A DNA stretch of 64,000 nucleotides, taken from positions 542,178 through 606,177 of the forward strand of contig ML992509.1 in the NCBI GenBank assembly GCA_010093995.1, in the 5' to 3' direction. Every line of letters begins with the position of its first letter. Position 1 is the first letter of the stretch. Made by a program: the position numbers and the translations under genes. The notes under the pieces are model-generated. The model ran no database searches and was not told the origin of the DNA. It saw nothing but the letters and a program-made list of their open reading frames with translations. Below, in pieces: positions 24,101 to 34,526 of this stretch. The stretch is from Elsinoe ampelina. Lineage: Eukaryota.

Positions 24101-27100
24101 GCACGGGGCATGCCGAGGAGCTCACCCATGCGAGGGGGATCAAGGTCAAAGTAGCTGGACCACGGTACCTCAATACGTTCTGCTTTCCTGATGATGTCCT
24201 GGGGGCACTCTGGGAATTGTCGAAGTGGTGTCATGGTAGGCCACATTCGCTTCTCTGCTGTCTTGCACATGTCAAGAGCATCCTTGGCGACTGATGACCA
24301 ACCCTTCTTCAGGGCAATCTCGAATATGGCTCTGAGAATACGGCCAGCAGACTGTGTCACGTAAACCAAATCAGCCATCAGTGCCAGTCCTTCAAGCTTG
24401 AGTCGAGAAATGTACGCTTGAAGCAGGACGTTGATCTTGCAAGATGGTTCATCAATAGTCTCCTTGACTGGAATCGGTACACGTCCGAGAAGCTTTGCCA
24501 ACTCGAGCTTTTCGTCTTGCCTGACTGGGATATATTTGAACTCTTCACTAAGTGCAAAGACTCGGAAAAGCTCGATAGGTGTGATAGATGGCTGGATGTG
24601 CTGATTGTAAGTAAGCATGGAGTTGTGTGTGATGTAGTAATGCGAAGCGATTCGACCAAGCTCAGTCGACTGGATGCGACCGGACTTCTTGTCGTACTTG
24701 ACCAAATTGGCCTTCTCCAAGGCCACAGCCGCGGCATGGATAAGATCGACTCGCTTTTGCTCCAATGCTTCATCCTCCTCATACTCAGGTCCGACTTGAT
24801 ACAGTGCCGGCGACCGCAGCATGCGAACAAATAGGTAAGTGTAACCAAGCCAGTCGACACCTTCATCTCTGGTCCTGACATTGCCAAGGACGACCTCAGC
24901 ATTCAGGTTGTCAGCCAGCTTGCTTACAAACTGACTCTCAATCGGAAGCTGTTGATTCATGAGAGAAAGGTAGTATTGCATCTCACTTTGCTGAGTGATG
25001 ATGATACCTTCTCCGTAAGTATCATATTGTGGTCGACCAGCCCTTCCAAGCATCTGAAGTACATCTTGGGGACTGAGCTCAGTCCATGCACCTTTCTCCG
25101 GCGAGTAGATCTGAGTTCCTTTGATGACCACAGTATGCGCAGGGAGGTTGACACCCCAAGCTAGGGTTGCTGTGCAGACAAGGACTCGCAACTCGCCATG
25201 GCTGAAAAGCTCTTCTACCGCGTTACGATCCGCTCGGCTCATACCGGCATGATGAATGCCGAAGCCGTAAGGTAGTAGATCCTTGAGATCTGCATTCGTT
25301 GACTGATCTGATTCCTCACGAAGGATTTCTCGGCTAGCCTCTTCAGATTTCAAGATCTGGCCAATTGTTTCCAGTTCAAGCGCTTTGTCCCGGATGTATT
25401 TGGCTGTCTTGGCTGTTTCCTTTCGCGAGTGGACGAAGATGAGCATTTGATTACCCCCTTGGCCGACCTGCTCCATGACCTTGGTGTAGCAAACATCATT
25501 CATGGTCTTCAACTGCTTGATAGCCTTCTTCTCGGTGACACCAATGAACTCTTGCTTCAATGGACAAGGGCGGAAGGAGGAGTCGAAGTAGTGCAGTCCT
25601 TTCAAGGGATCAACACGGAGGAACGTGGCTACATCGCGATAGTTTGGGAGCGTTGCAGAGAGGCCAACTAGACGGACGGGATCGCCAGTCTGCTCCATGC
25701 GCCTTATCGTTCGAGATACAATAGACTCAAGAACAGGCCCACGATCGTCGTGAAGAAGATGGATCTCGTCGATGCAAATGAGTCGTACCAGGTTCGTGTA
25801 GCTGGTATCTGTAGCCTTGCGAGTGATGACGTCCCACTTCTCAGGGGTGGTCACGATGACTTGAGTCTCGGCAATTTGTTGTTTTGTCAATTGTCGATCT
25901 CCTGTCAACTCTGCAACTCTGATGCCGTACGATTCCAATCGCTTGCCGAAGTTGCCAACCTGTTCTTGGACGAGGGCCTTGAGAGGGGCAATGTAGATGA
26001 TCTTGAAAGCATCCAGGTTGATCGCGCCTGTGTCAGGATTGCGATATTTGCCAATCTCGCGAAGCATAGTAAGCATGGCCACGTTCGTCTTCCCTGATCC
26101 GGTAGGCGCACAGATAAGCATATTGCCATCATCCTCGAAGGCGGATGGATAACACCTTGTCTGGATCCTGTTCAGTTCTTTCGAAGATCCAAATCCTCTG
26201 CGTGCCCATTCTGGAAGTACTGTGGTTGGTAGGTTTGGCGACTCAGCATCCTCCTTTTTGCGCTTTGGAGCTGGAACATGAATTTCGTCGTAGCCCTTGA
26301 AAGTCCGCTTCGTCGAGCCTTGAGGAAGCTTTACGCTTGCATTTGTCATGAGATGGTTACCTTGGTCAAACACCAGGTTGTCAAGGCTGACAAGCTTGCT
26401 GGGTTGAAGACCACGCACTAGCCCATCTTTCTGCTCTTTGGCCTCGCCTTTGACGATCTTGTCCAAATCCATGGTATCAAATGACACCTTCATCGGTTTT
26501 CCGTCTGCAGAAGTGTCTTGCTCGCGAGTTCGGAGTTCTTTAAGGATTCGACCCTTTCCAGCTTGTACCATCTCTCGCTCGACTGCGATCCTAGCTGGCT
26601 CGTCCTCGGCAGCTTTTCGCCATCTCGTCACCCACGCGATTTTGTCCTTGTTGGTGACCAGCTTTGAGACCAGCTCTGCTTGTTCGTAGTCGAATAATTC
26701 CATAAGGTCATTCTCAACATCGCGTAGGTCCTTCTCCTCGCCGTCCTCATTCAGACCAGACATGATAGCGAGAGCTTGTTGTGTCTTCTCTTGCTGAACG
26801 TGCGCATCTTCATACGCAGCTCCGATTTGTCGCTGCAGCCAGTATGCATCGATGTCATAGGCGGGTATGATCGCCTCTCCCTGCTCTGTCGAGGGTCCAG
26901 AGCGTCGATCCGCTGCTATCACCATTTCCTCGTCCTCGTCTTCATCTCCTCCCTCTGGCCCGGCCTCGCCGACCTGAACTTCATCCTCCGCCGCTTCCTC
27001 ATCGCCAGATGAATCGTCGCCGTCGCGTACCTCGTATGTTTGCTCATCTTCATCCTCTTCTTCTGCGAAGTCGACAGCTACACCCTGACGATCGTCCAGA

Positions 27101-27720
27101 TCCATGTCTTCAGCAGCTTCGCCGTCCGCGCCATTCTGATCGTCATCGTCCTGGGCATCATAATCTGTGATTTTCTTCGTCAGGTTCTTCAATTCATTGT
27201 ACTCTTTGGAGCTGAGTGGTGACCCAAGAATGTCATCAATCTCCTTTTGGCGCTCTGAATCCTTCATATCGGGATCTTTGAGGTATTCCAGTATACTATC
27301 AGTAGCGCTTGCAGTGATATGGATGCCATAATCTCCACCCATTCTCTGTGCAACCAGGGTGTTTAATAGATTGTAGATCTCGGTCGTCGCTGGTGTTCGG
27401 GGCCTGTATCTGAGTCCTTCGATGTTCAGGTCTGCTTGTGACAAGATTCCTGCCGCTCGCGATGACTGGACAGGTCCGTCCCTCTTGCGCTTCCTCTGTT
27501 GATCAGCCTGTGCTAAGCCTGGCTGTGCCGGTGCTTTCTCGCGCGCAGTCCTGGAACCCATATCCGCAATATTGACTCGGCCGGCTAGCGACTCAGGATC
27601 TCCAGTGGTGTCATCTCCTCGGCGTGAGACGAAGCGGCGGTCCACCTGGAGAACCAGGTTGGACATTGCCGAGTACTTGTATTGGTTGAGCCTGTTGGCA
27701 TCTTGGCTCTTGTCCCCCAT
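21151..27720 (-). CDS. BRR2: U5 snRNP 200-kDa pre-mRNA splicing helicase
   Basis: QYKYSAMSNLVLQ N-terminus, two helicase cassettes (APTGSGKT, DEIHLL / DDLHL), two Sec63 domains; the first ATG in the ORF is at 27720. Confidence 0.97.
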   Translation of the reverse strand: MGDKSQDANRLNQYKYSAMSNLVLQVDRRFVSRRGDDTTGDPESLAGRVNIADMGSRTAREKAPAQPGLAQADQQRKRKRDGPVQSSRAAGILSQADLNIEGLRYRPRTPATTEIYNLLNTLVAQRMGGDYGIHITASATDSILEYLKDPDMKDSERQKEIDDILGSPLSSKEYNELKNLTKKITDYDAQDDDDQNGADGEAAEDMDLDDRQGVAVDFAEEEDEDEQTYEVRDGDDSSGDEEAAEDEVQVGEAGPEGGDEDEDEEMVIAADRRSGPSTEQGEAIIPAYDIDAYWLQRQIGAAYEDAHVQQEKTQQALAIMSGLNEDGEEKDLRDVENDLMELFDYEQAELVSKLVTNKDKIAWVTRWRKAAEDEPARIAVEREMVQAGKGRILKELRTREQDTSADGKPMKVSFDTMDLDKIVKGEAKEQKDGLVRGLQPSKLVSLDNLVFDQGNHLMTNASVKLPQGSTKRTFKGYDEIHVPAPKRKKEDAESPNLPTTVLPEWARRGFGSSKELNRIQTRCYPSAFEDDGNMLICAPTGSGKTNVAMLTMLREIGKYRNPDTGAINLDAFKIIYIAPLKALVQEQVGNFGKRLESYGIRVAELTGDRQLTKQQIAETQVIVTTPEKWDVITRKATDTSYTNLVRLICIDEIHLLHDDRGPVLESIVSRTIRRMEQTGDPVRLVGLSATLPNYRDVATFLRVDPLKGLHYFDSSFRPCPLKQEFIGVTEKKAIKQLKTMNDVCYTKVMEQVGQGGNQMLIFVHSRKETAKTAKYIRDKALELETIGQILKSEEASREILREESDQSTNADLKDLLPYGFGIHHAGMSRADRNAVEELFSHGELRVLVCTATLAWGVNLPAHTVVIKGTQIYSPEKGAWTELSPQDVLQMLGRAGRPQYDTYGEGIIITQQSEMQYYLSLMNQQLPIESQFVSKLADNLNAEVVLGNVRTRDEGVDWLGYTYLFVRMLRSPALYQVGPEYEEDEALEQKRVDLIHAAAVALEKANLVKYDKKSGRIQSTELGRIASHYYITHNSMLTYNQHIQPSITPIELFRVFALSEEFKYIPVRQDEKLELAKLLGRVPIPVKETIDEPSCKINVLLQAYISRLKLEGLALMADLVYVTQSAGRILRAIFEIALKKGWSSVAKDALDMCKTAEKRMWPTMTPLRQFPECPQDIIRKAERIEVPWSSYFDLDPPRMGELLGMPRAGRQVCGIIEKFPRLDVQAQVQPMTRSTLRVELTITPNFVWDENLHGRSEMFWILVEDCDGEDILFHDQFLLRKEYATAEMNEHLVDFTVPITEPMPPNYFVTVLSDRWMHSEARLAVSFQKLILPEKFPAHTPLLDLQPLPVSALKRQDFVDLYPEWERFNKIQTQVFNALYTQDENVFVGAPTGSGKTVCAEFALLRQWSQQGRGRSVYLAPYQEQIDARLKDWQSRLAGLTGGKEIVKLTGETTADLKLLERGDLILATPQQWDMLSRNWQRRKNVQSVDLVIADDLHLIGGQDGYVYETVVSRAHAISKQLENGMRIVGLSVSLASGRDVGEWFGATKHTIFNFSPHVRPIPLELNLQSFAIPHFPSLMLAMVKPMYQSIINLAGDKPAMVFLPSRKQVRSTAVDLLAQCAADDAEDRFLKAESDQLAPILEKINERDLAESLSHGIAYFHEALSAFDKRAVEHFFKVGAVQVMLVSRDCAYEIQSTAYLTIIMGTQMFDGRSHRYIDYTISELLQMFGKAGRPGEDAKARGVLMCPDVKRNYYKKFLAEALPIESQLQAYLHDVFVTEISAKVMTDMQDAINWFTYTFYYRRLMTNPSFYGLTSTTQDSFNTHLSDLIETTLKELSDASIVEVDEEDDTVTPLNACMIAGYYSISFITMQTFLLSLRRTTKLKGILEIITAATEFEDIQIRRHEESVLKRIYDRVPVKMAEANYESPHFKAFVLLQAHFSRMQLPLDLAKDQELILGKVLTLLSACVDVLSSEAHLNALSAMEMSQMVVQAVWDRDSPLRQVPHFEPGVVEACAKFGVTDVFGFMDAMDPEENKDYGKLVGDMGLTNAQLGDAARFTNEKYPNLELSFELEDPEGVVAGEQSFVRVTVERDTEDEEVDTSVHAPFYPGEKSESWWLVVGDEKTKALMGIKRVSIGKRLETRMDFTVPEAGKHNLTLYLMSDSYVGVDQAPTFEVTAAEGMEEDDDEEE

Positions 27721-27916
27721 CTTCGCTAGAAAGGCGCTGGCTATACCAGCGTGTGGGAAGAAGGAGAGGTAGGGGATGTGGAGTGAGCGCACACTGGCCT
27801 GCAACGCCAGAGAGCTTCAAAAAATGAAATCTCAAGAGGTCGCCAAGAGTGGAGAAGACGGCCCGCAGATCCGCAAGATTTCAGCCGCACTAACCTCATG
27901 CAATCCAAGCGCTTGA

Positions 27917-27924
27917 TGACGTCA
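27917..27924. promoter_or_regulatory. CRE/ATF-type palindrome TGACGTCA in the BRR2 divergent promoter
   Basis: Exact TGACGTCA in the 466-bp interval between divergent starts at 27720 and 28187; function unverified. Confidence 0.35.
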
Positions 27925-28186
27925 AGGGCGGGGACAACCAGCTTGCAGGAATCTACGAGTGATGGGAATCACTGATCTCCAACACGATCTTCACGGGTCG
28001 CTCATCCTTCCACACGGCCTGCACTTTACTTGCGGCTCGTAGTGACGAATCGGCGCCGTCACAAGCAAGGCAGGCGCTAGCTGTGAATCATTAATTTGCA
28101 AGCTCTGCTCTTGCTTCGTTATCTCTTCAGAACAGCTTCGAAACAACCCATTCCCTCTTTCGGTCTCTCAAAACTCGACAGCGAAG

Positions 28187-29864
28187 ATGGTCTCATTATG
28201 GGGCTCGAAGAAGCCTGACGGCGAAGATACAGATGGCGGTTCAGGCTCGCACTCTGACCCTCCAGCTGCTCGCCCTCCACCATCCAGGGACGAGCATGTA
28301 GACGAGCGAGCACCACTATTGCAGCAGCGAGAACGTAGACAGCCTCACTCTGATGGCTATCTCGATCCCGACGACCCAGCTGTAAGTCGATATCAGACAT
28401 TCTCAAACCATGCGAAACTAACAAGCATAGGTATCGCCATACAATCTCTGGAGTGTTCGCTTAATGAGGCACTTCACAGTCCTATTCTTAGCTGCGACTT
28501 TCATCTGGTGGGTGCTACTCCTCGTCAGCATCTTTGTCACACCTCCTGGCCTCAACACTCGAGGTTCCGGTTTCTTCGACTTCTCTTTCACCACCTTGAC
28601 AGCGGGCAACCTTCTTCTCACTCTACTGTTCTTTACGGCGCCGTCAAGAGCTATGCGAATCCTGCTTGGTGTGGTCAGTCTACTCTTGTTCGTGGATATG
28701 ATCATCATTGTCAGCGTACATCGGTTGAGAGCTGAAGAGAGCTGGCCTGGTATCGCATCTGCCATTTGGGCATTCCTCATGGGCGCTTGGTGCGTTGTCA
28801 CGGATAGAGTCGTGGCATGGGGCAAGCGCGAAGAAGAGGAGCGTCTTACTGGACGTGCAGAAACTCGCCGTACCGTCTCGGAATGGTTCAAGGTCCTGAT
28901 TGCAACCATTGTGCTGGCCGTCTATGTCGTCATTACCGTGTTCATGACCGCCACTTTGATCATTCGCGCTACCGACGCCGGCCTGCAATTCCCTGGAGAG
29001 AGGATCCGCGTGGATAGCAACAAGTATGATGTACACCTGGCATGCGTTGGTAACGTCACGCACGATAAATCTGGCAACACACTACCTACCGTACTGCTTG
29101 AAGCTGGTGAGCAACCTGCAGAGTATGAACTGGTGCCCTGGGCGGAATCTGCTCGGAAGAACGGTACCCTTCACCGATACTGCTACTGGGACAGACCAGG
29201 CTATGCTTGGTCAGACAACGCACCCAGCCCTCACAGTGCAGGTATGTCAGCTGATGCTTTGTCCGAGGCTCTCGCGGTTCAGGGCGAAACTGGTCCCTGG
29301 GTTCTCGTTTCTGCGGGCTACGGTTCAGTCGTGTCCAGAATCTTCAGCTCGCGCCATACTCGGACCGTGACTGGACTCCTTTTGATCGATCCTCTCCACG
29401 AGGACCTGCTTCATCGACTGGCGACTCCCGGACGTGGATTTCTACTCTGGGCATATGGTATCATATCTCCTCTTGGTATTCAAAGAGTTCTTGCCGCCAT
29501 CTTCGCTCATAGGACGAGGGAAGACCGCGTCTATGGTGAAGAGGCATACCAAGGTGGTAAATTTATTAAAGCACAGCTTCAGGAGAATTTGATCGCCGAT
29601 AGCTTGACAAAGAGCGAAGTGGTCACTTCTCGAGCTATCCAGGATCAAAACACTCCATTCGTGATCATCAGCAGCGGCGTCAGCAATCGCCGCGATAATG
29701 AGTGGGAGAGGAAGCAACGTGACTTGACTCACCTCACCGACAAGCTCGTCGGATGGGATGTGGTTGAGAAGGCTCCTCATGAGGTATGGAGGACGTACAA
29801 AGGGCGTCAGACCATGGAGAAGAGGGTCAAGGAGCTGCTGGCCGTAAAGGCTACTATGAATTAG
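28187..29864 (+). CDS. Integral membrane protein with a C-terminal alpha/beta-hydrolase fold (YNL115C-like); intron 28382-28430
   Basis: YLDPDDPA/VSPYNLW across the intron, ~5 TM segments, HLACVG, CYWDRPGYAWSD, GLLLIDP. Confidence 0.85.
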
Positions 29865-30052
29865 GAGTCAGCCGAAACAGGAACTCGGTTCGGTGGCGAG
29901 AATATCGAGTTGATGGCTTCTATCATTTTGTCATCATACGGCTGCTACATGTTATTTGGACCTTCTTTGACGACAGCACGCACACACGAGTTTACTTTCA
30001 TGGAGAAATATGGGCAGATTGAGCTTCAGCGGGCGTCTTTGAATCGCACATC

Positions 30053-31141
30053 TCACTCGTCATTAGTATAACGCTGAATAATATCGTCACGATCCACCAC
30101 TCCTTCGCCTTCATGCAAAACCATCGCCTCCCTCCTTCGTCTCCTGATATGCTCCACCTCCACCCCCTCATGAAACCGTGGTCTCCTCTCCACCCTCGCA
30201 AGCGGCAAATTACTCGCATCCCCATCGATCCCACCCCATCCAATCTCCGCCTCATCATCCTCATCATCCCACCTCGCCAGCCTCAACCCTCCCCCACTCT
30301 TCCCCCTCCTGTCCCCCTCCAGCCAATCCCCCTTCAACACCTCCCACACCTCTCCCGGCTCCAACCCCTCCATCTCCCTCGCCTCCCCAATCAACCTCGC
30401 CCCAAGCGCTACATTCCCCTTATCCCACCCCCTCTCCACCAACCCCCTCATGACCTCAATCCAAACCACGACCTGCCCCTCCCTCATCCTCTGACAAACC
30501 ACCACCCCTCTCCTCCCCCCCATCCACGCCCCCGACAACCTCCTCAGCCTCCCCACCGCATCGCCCCCATCCCTCCCCTCCATTCCCCTCGCGAGGCCGT
30601 ACGCCCTCCTCACCGTCCTCTCAGCAGGCGTCTCGCTCGCCACGTCCCCTCTCCCCAACAAGCCCCGCCACGGCGCGAGTGGGTTTTCACCCTCGCCTTC
30701 GTACGGGTAGAACTTGGCGTACAGATCGGCGAGGTACTTCGCTTGCCGTCGCACGTGGGGACGAGGGGAGAAGATGTCGTCGATAAAGCTGCTTCGGGCG
30801 GTGGGGGAGGACGCGAGGCGTTCGAGGAGGAGGCGGGTGGCGGAGCGGGCTATGTCGGGGTTGGGGGAGGAGGAGAGGGTGGAGAGGGAGGGGAGGGGGA
30901 GGGAGGGGGTTGAAGAGGGGGAGGAGGGAGCGGGGTGGGAAGGAGGGGTGGCGTGTGGGTGGGTCGGGGAGGGGTGGATTAGGTTGAGGGTTGTGGTGCG
31001 GTGGAGGGCGAGGGAGATGAGGCGGGTGGAGAGGAGGAGGGTTAGGCCTGGTAGTGTTAGCGGGGTTGAATTATTGAGGAAAATAGGGGAGAGGGATGTA
31101 CCGAGACCGATGTAGATGTGGCGGTCATCGAGATAGGGCAT
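30053..31141 (-). CDS. Hypothetical fungal protein; probable small in-frame intron near the 5' end
   Basis: Open frame of 362 codons; N-terminal hydrophobic segment; C-terminal RRRRREAMVLHEG..V..DDIIQ motif I recognise from conserved fungal hypotheticals; GTACAT...CTAACACTACCAG intron signals at ~31048-31101. Confidence 0.65.
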   Translation of the reverse strand: MPYLDDRHIYIGLGTSLSPIFLNNSTPLTLPGLTLLLSTRLISLALHRTTTLNLIHPSPTHPHATPPSHPAPSSPSSTPSLPLPSLSTLSSSPNPDIARSATRLLLERLASSPTARSSFIDDIFSPRPHVRRQAKYLADLYAKFYPYEGEGENPLAPWRGLLGRGDVASETPAERTVRRAYGLARGMEGRDGGDAVGRLRRLSGAWMGGRRGVVVCQRMREGQVVVWIEVMRGLVERGWDKGNVALGARLIGEAREMEGLEPGEVWEVLKGDWLEGDRRGKSGGGLRLARWDDEDDEAEIGWGGIDGDASNLPLARVERRPRFHEGVEVEHIRRRRREAMVLHEGEGVVDRDDIIQRYTNDE

Positions 31142-31374
31142 GGTGGGTGGGTACTGCTGGTAGTTGCACTGTGAGGATGTTGGTGTGGCGTGTTATATAT
31201 CGTTCATTCTGACGAGTCCTCGCATCAATGCTTGGACCAACACGTGAAAAAATAAGTGGAAAATATTGATTGATGTTTTGCCAAAGAACGCCTTCAATGA
31301 TGTTGTGTTGTGGCAGGTTGGTTAAAACATGGTGAGCGAAGTTCTACTCAATCCCGTCTGTCTGGACCGTAGTA

Positions 31375-31413
31375 TTCTCTGTTGCAAAAGGGCTGGGATT
31401 TTCTTGGCAAAAT
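31375..31413 (+). repeat. Left terminal inverted repeat (39 bp)
   Basis: TTCTCTGTTGCAAAAGGGCTGGGATTTTCTTGGCAAAAT. Confidence 0.9.
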
Positions 31414-31952
31414 GAAGCGTGAACTTCTTAATAACAAAACATACTATAACCCGCTATATCTTAAATAACTAAAGATCTAGACTAGCTATAGATATAGGCT
31501 AACCTAATATAGATAGAGCTAAAGCTATACTATGAAAGGAGATTAGATATATATATCTAAAGCTTTAAATTAGTCTAATATATAAGAATTATTAAATAAA
31601 AATAAAGTATCTAATTCTACTTAATAGCCTTCTAAGTAGAGCTTTAATTAGTAAGATAAAGCTTAGAATATATTAATATAGTGTAGTATTACTTATTTAT
31701 TACGAATTTATAGCTTAATAACTTATATATAGCTAGATATAAAGTAAATAGTTTTAAGAATTTCTAGAAAATTCTAATTAAGATATTAAGCTAATTAGAC
31801 TAGATAGAAACTTATACTAAGCTATATTAGATATAGTTACTAGTAAAATATCTAAATATATAGTTTATATTTATATATATCTTCTTATAAACTAATTAGA
31901 GCTGTTTTAATAAGTATTATTTTAAAATTTAGTTTTTTATATTTTATATACT

Positions 31953-32415
31953 TGTTACGAACTAGTAGGACAGCTAGAGCGTAGGGACATTAGGACTAAT
32001 TAAACTGCTAAGGTTATTACGTAACCTGGCCCGACGTTTACTTAGTTCTCTATCTTCTCTAGTAGCTCTACTCTAGAGACTATAGAGCATATAGGTTACT
32101 AGTAGATATGTACTCTATACTACTCCTAGCTTTCGCTACGGAGTATATAGAGTATATAGAGTACATAATAGAGAATACATGTATATAGGAATAGTCCTTA
32201 CCTTATATAAGTACTATAGTTAACCTTGTCTAGATAGTAAACACTAGTATTACTAAGGCTAGCCTTTATAATACTATCTAATTGTACTTTATTATCTATA
32301 AGACATACCTTCTCTAACTCTTACCTTAGTACTATACTACTATAGAAGTAGAACTACCTTGTTCTTAGCTTAGCTTAGACTACTAGCATAGGCTATATTT
32401 AGACAGTTTATAACA
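31953..32415 (+). repeat. 5' LTR of copy 1 (463 bp)
   Basis: TGTTACGAACTAG...GTTTATAACA; direct repeat of 38517-38979. Confidence 0.95.
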
Positions 32416-32531
32416 TTTTAACTACCCTTACTATAGTATAGCACGCTATAAGGTTAATAAGTAACTCTTGCTCTAAGTTACTATTAATATCTTTAATCGC
32501 TAGTAAGCTAGGAAGACTTACTATTAACGAC

Positions 32532-34526
32532 ATGTCTACTACTAGTTTAACCTCGAGCGAATATAGAAGGTCTCTTAGTATAGGGAAAGAACGGAGTAGG
32601 CCTAAGCTAGAGGTAGAACCCTTCTATAGAGACTACGCTTACTTAAGGCACTTCCTTGTCTAACTTAAAGCCTTCTTTGCTCTAGAGAGAGATAAATATG
32701 CTAATAATGTAGCAAAGGTTCTCTACGCTAGAATATACCTTAAAGGCGCTACCTTTAGGTAATTTAAGCCTTATATAAGTAGCTACCTAGATAGATAACT
32801 AAGCCTAGATACAAAGGCTATCTTTAAGAGCTTTAGTATCTTCTAGGCAAAGATTAAGCAAGTCTTTAACATATCTAATAAGAAGTATATTACTACAATA
32901 AAGATCTAATAACTACGACAATATAGGTCTATAGCCTAGTACTATTCCTAGTTCTAATAACTCGTAATACACCTAGACTAGGATAATAGTGCTAAATATT
33001 TAGTATTCTACTAAGGACTAAGCGACTTAGTCAAAGATTAAATAATACCTAAGCTGCCTAATAGCCTTTAGGAACTAGTAGAGACTATAATTACTATTAA
33101 TAACTAACTTTACAAACGACATATAGAACATTATAGAGAATATAAGGTAAATACTAGATATATATATTTCTCCTAAAACTATAGAGACTCTATAGAACTT
33201 AATACTATATATAAAGGCTGCCTCTTATAGGTATAAGGCTATAGCTATAGAGGAAAGTTCCTTAGTAGAAAAGAGAGAGAGAAGTATAGATAAGACAATT
33301 TATATTTTAAGTGTAAAAGACTTAGGTATCGGGCTAGGGACTACTAACAAGAAGCGCTAGCTAATAGATTATATATAATAGTTGCTAGGCTAGTAGAAAA
33401 AAAGGCCGACACTACTATAGAAGACCTAACGACCTTTAGTATAGGTAAGGAAATATAGAAGGAGTCTATAACGACTTAAGAGATAAAGGAATCCTCTCTA
33501 GATATTATACTTAATATCTCTACGACTAATAGTAAACAATAAAGCTAACACGCAACGCTATTATAGATAGTATATTATAATAACTCTTATTATATTTACT
33601 TATTAGACAAGTAGGGATCTAGTTAGTTTCTATATAAGCTATCTAAGCGTAGGTAACTAACGAAATAGCTAGACTAGGAGCTTAACCTAGAAAGGCTCTC
33701 TATAATTAGTAGTAATATTAACTAACCTTAGAAGGTAGTTAGCGACAATTACTAATATACAATTATCGAGATAAAGTATTAGGACGTAAGTACTATATAA
33801 CAATATAGTAGTCTTACCTTTAGCTCTTATAGTAAACTACAAGGAAAGGTGTATTATATGTCGCTCTAGAAATATATAAATCTAGATTATAAATAGTACT
33901 ACTCTATCTACTTACACGATGTACTTAGAGAAGACACTATTAGTCTTAAATATACTATAGACTTCTCGGTAATTAAGATAGATAGTACTATTCCCTATAG
34001 CTAAGTAAGAGAATATACTTAGTATAGCCTTACTAACTATAACTATACTAGAGGTAGTAGCGACAAGGAGAAATATAACAAAGAATATACTAAATAACTA
34101 TACTATAACAACATAGATAAAGACCTATTTAATAACAACAACAACAATAATAACGTACTACTACTAGGCGGACAACTTAAGGCATATCTTATAGAGATAT
34201 AGAGAAATTATATAATAATATATACCTACTACTAGAATAGGACATAATAAGACAAATCTATATAACTTACTTTTGTCTTTAATACTAATACCTAGCTATA
34301 CCTAGAAGGAATAGTTATACTAATATAGGTATATAACACTACTTAGTATAACTAGTAGAGGATTATTAGACTTTATAGTTACTAAGGGACTTAGGCGCTA
34401 GAAGTTTACCTTACTATATTAAACAATAATAAAACATAACTTGCTTAGTAGATATAGTACTAATAGTAGATATGTATAGGAAGGGATTAGCTACTTATCT
34501 AAGGAGCTATAATAACAAAAAACTAG
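32532..34526 (+). pseudogene. gag of copy 1 (RIP-disrupted, ~664 codons)
   Basis: ATG 32532; de-RIPed PFxGD..L..FL.QL capsid start; CCHC knuckle C-F-K-C-x-R-x-G-H-R-A-R-D-C at 33303-33344; ends ACA AAA AAC TAG. Confidence 0.8.

Noticed and set aside
31277..31288. TTTTGCCAAAGA resembling the inner TIR in inverted orientation
   Set aside because: Too short and imperfect to distinguish from chance.
31414..31952. Transposase remnant within the foldback arms
   Set aside because: I could not recover any DDE or HTH motif by manual de-RIP translation.
32416..32435. Primer-binding site or Tf1-like self-priming signal after the 5' LTR
   Set aside because: No TGG tRNA-type PBS is present, and only a 7-bp match (TAGTTAA) to the LTR, which is uninformative in RIP-saturated sequence.
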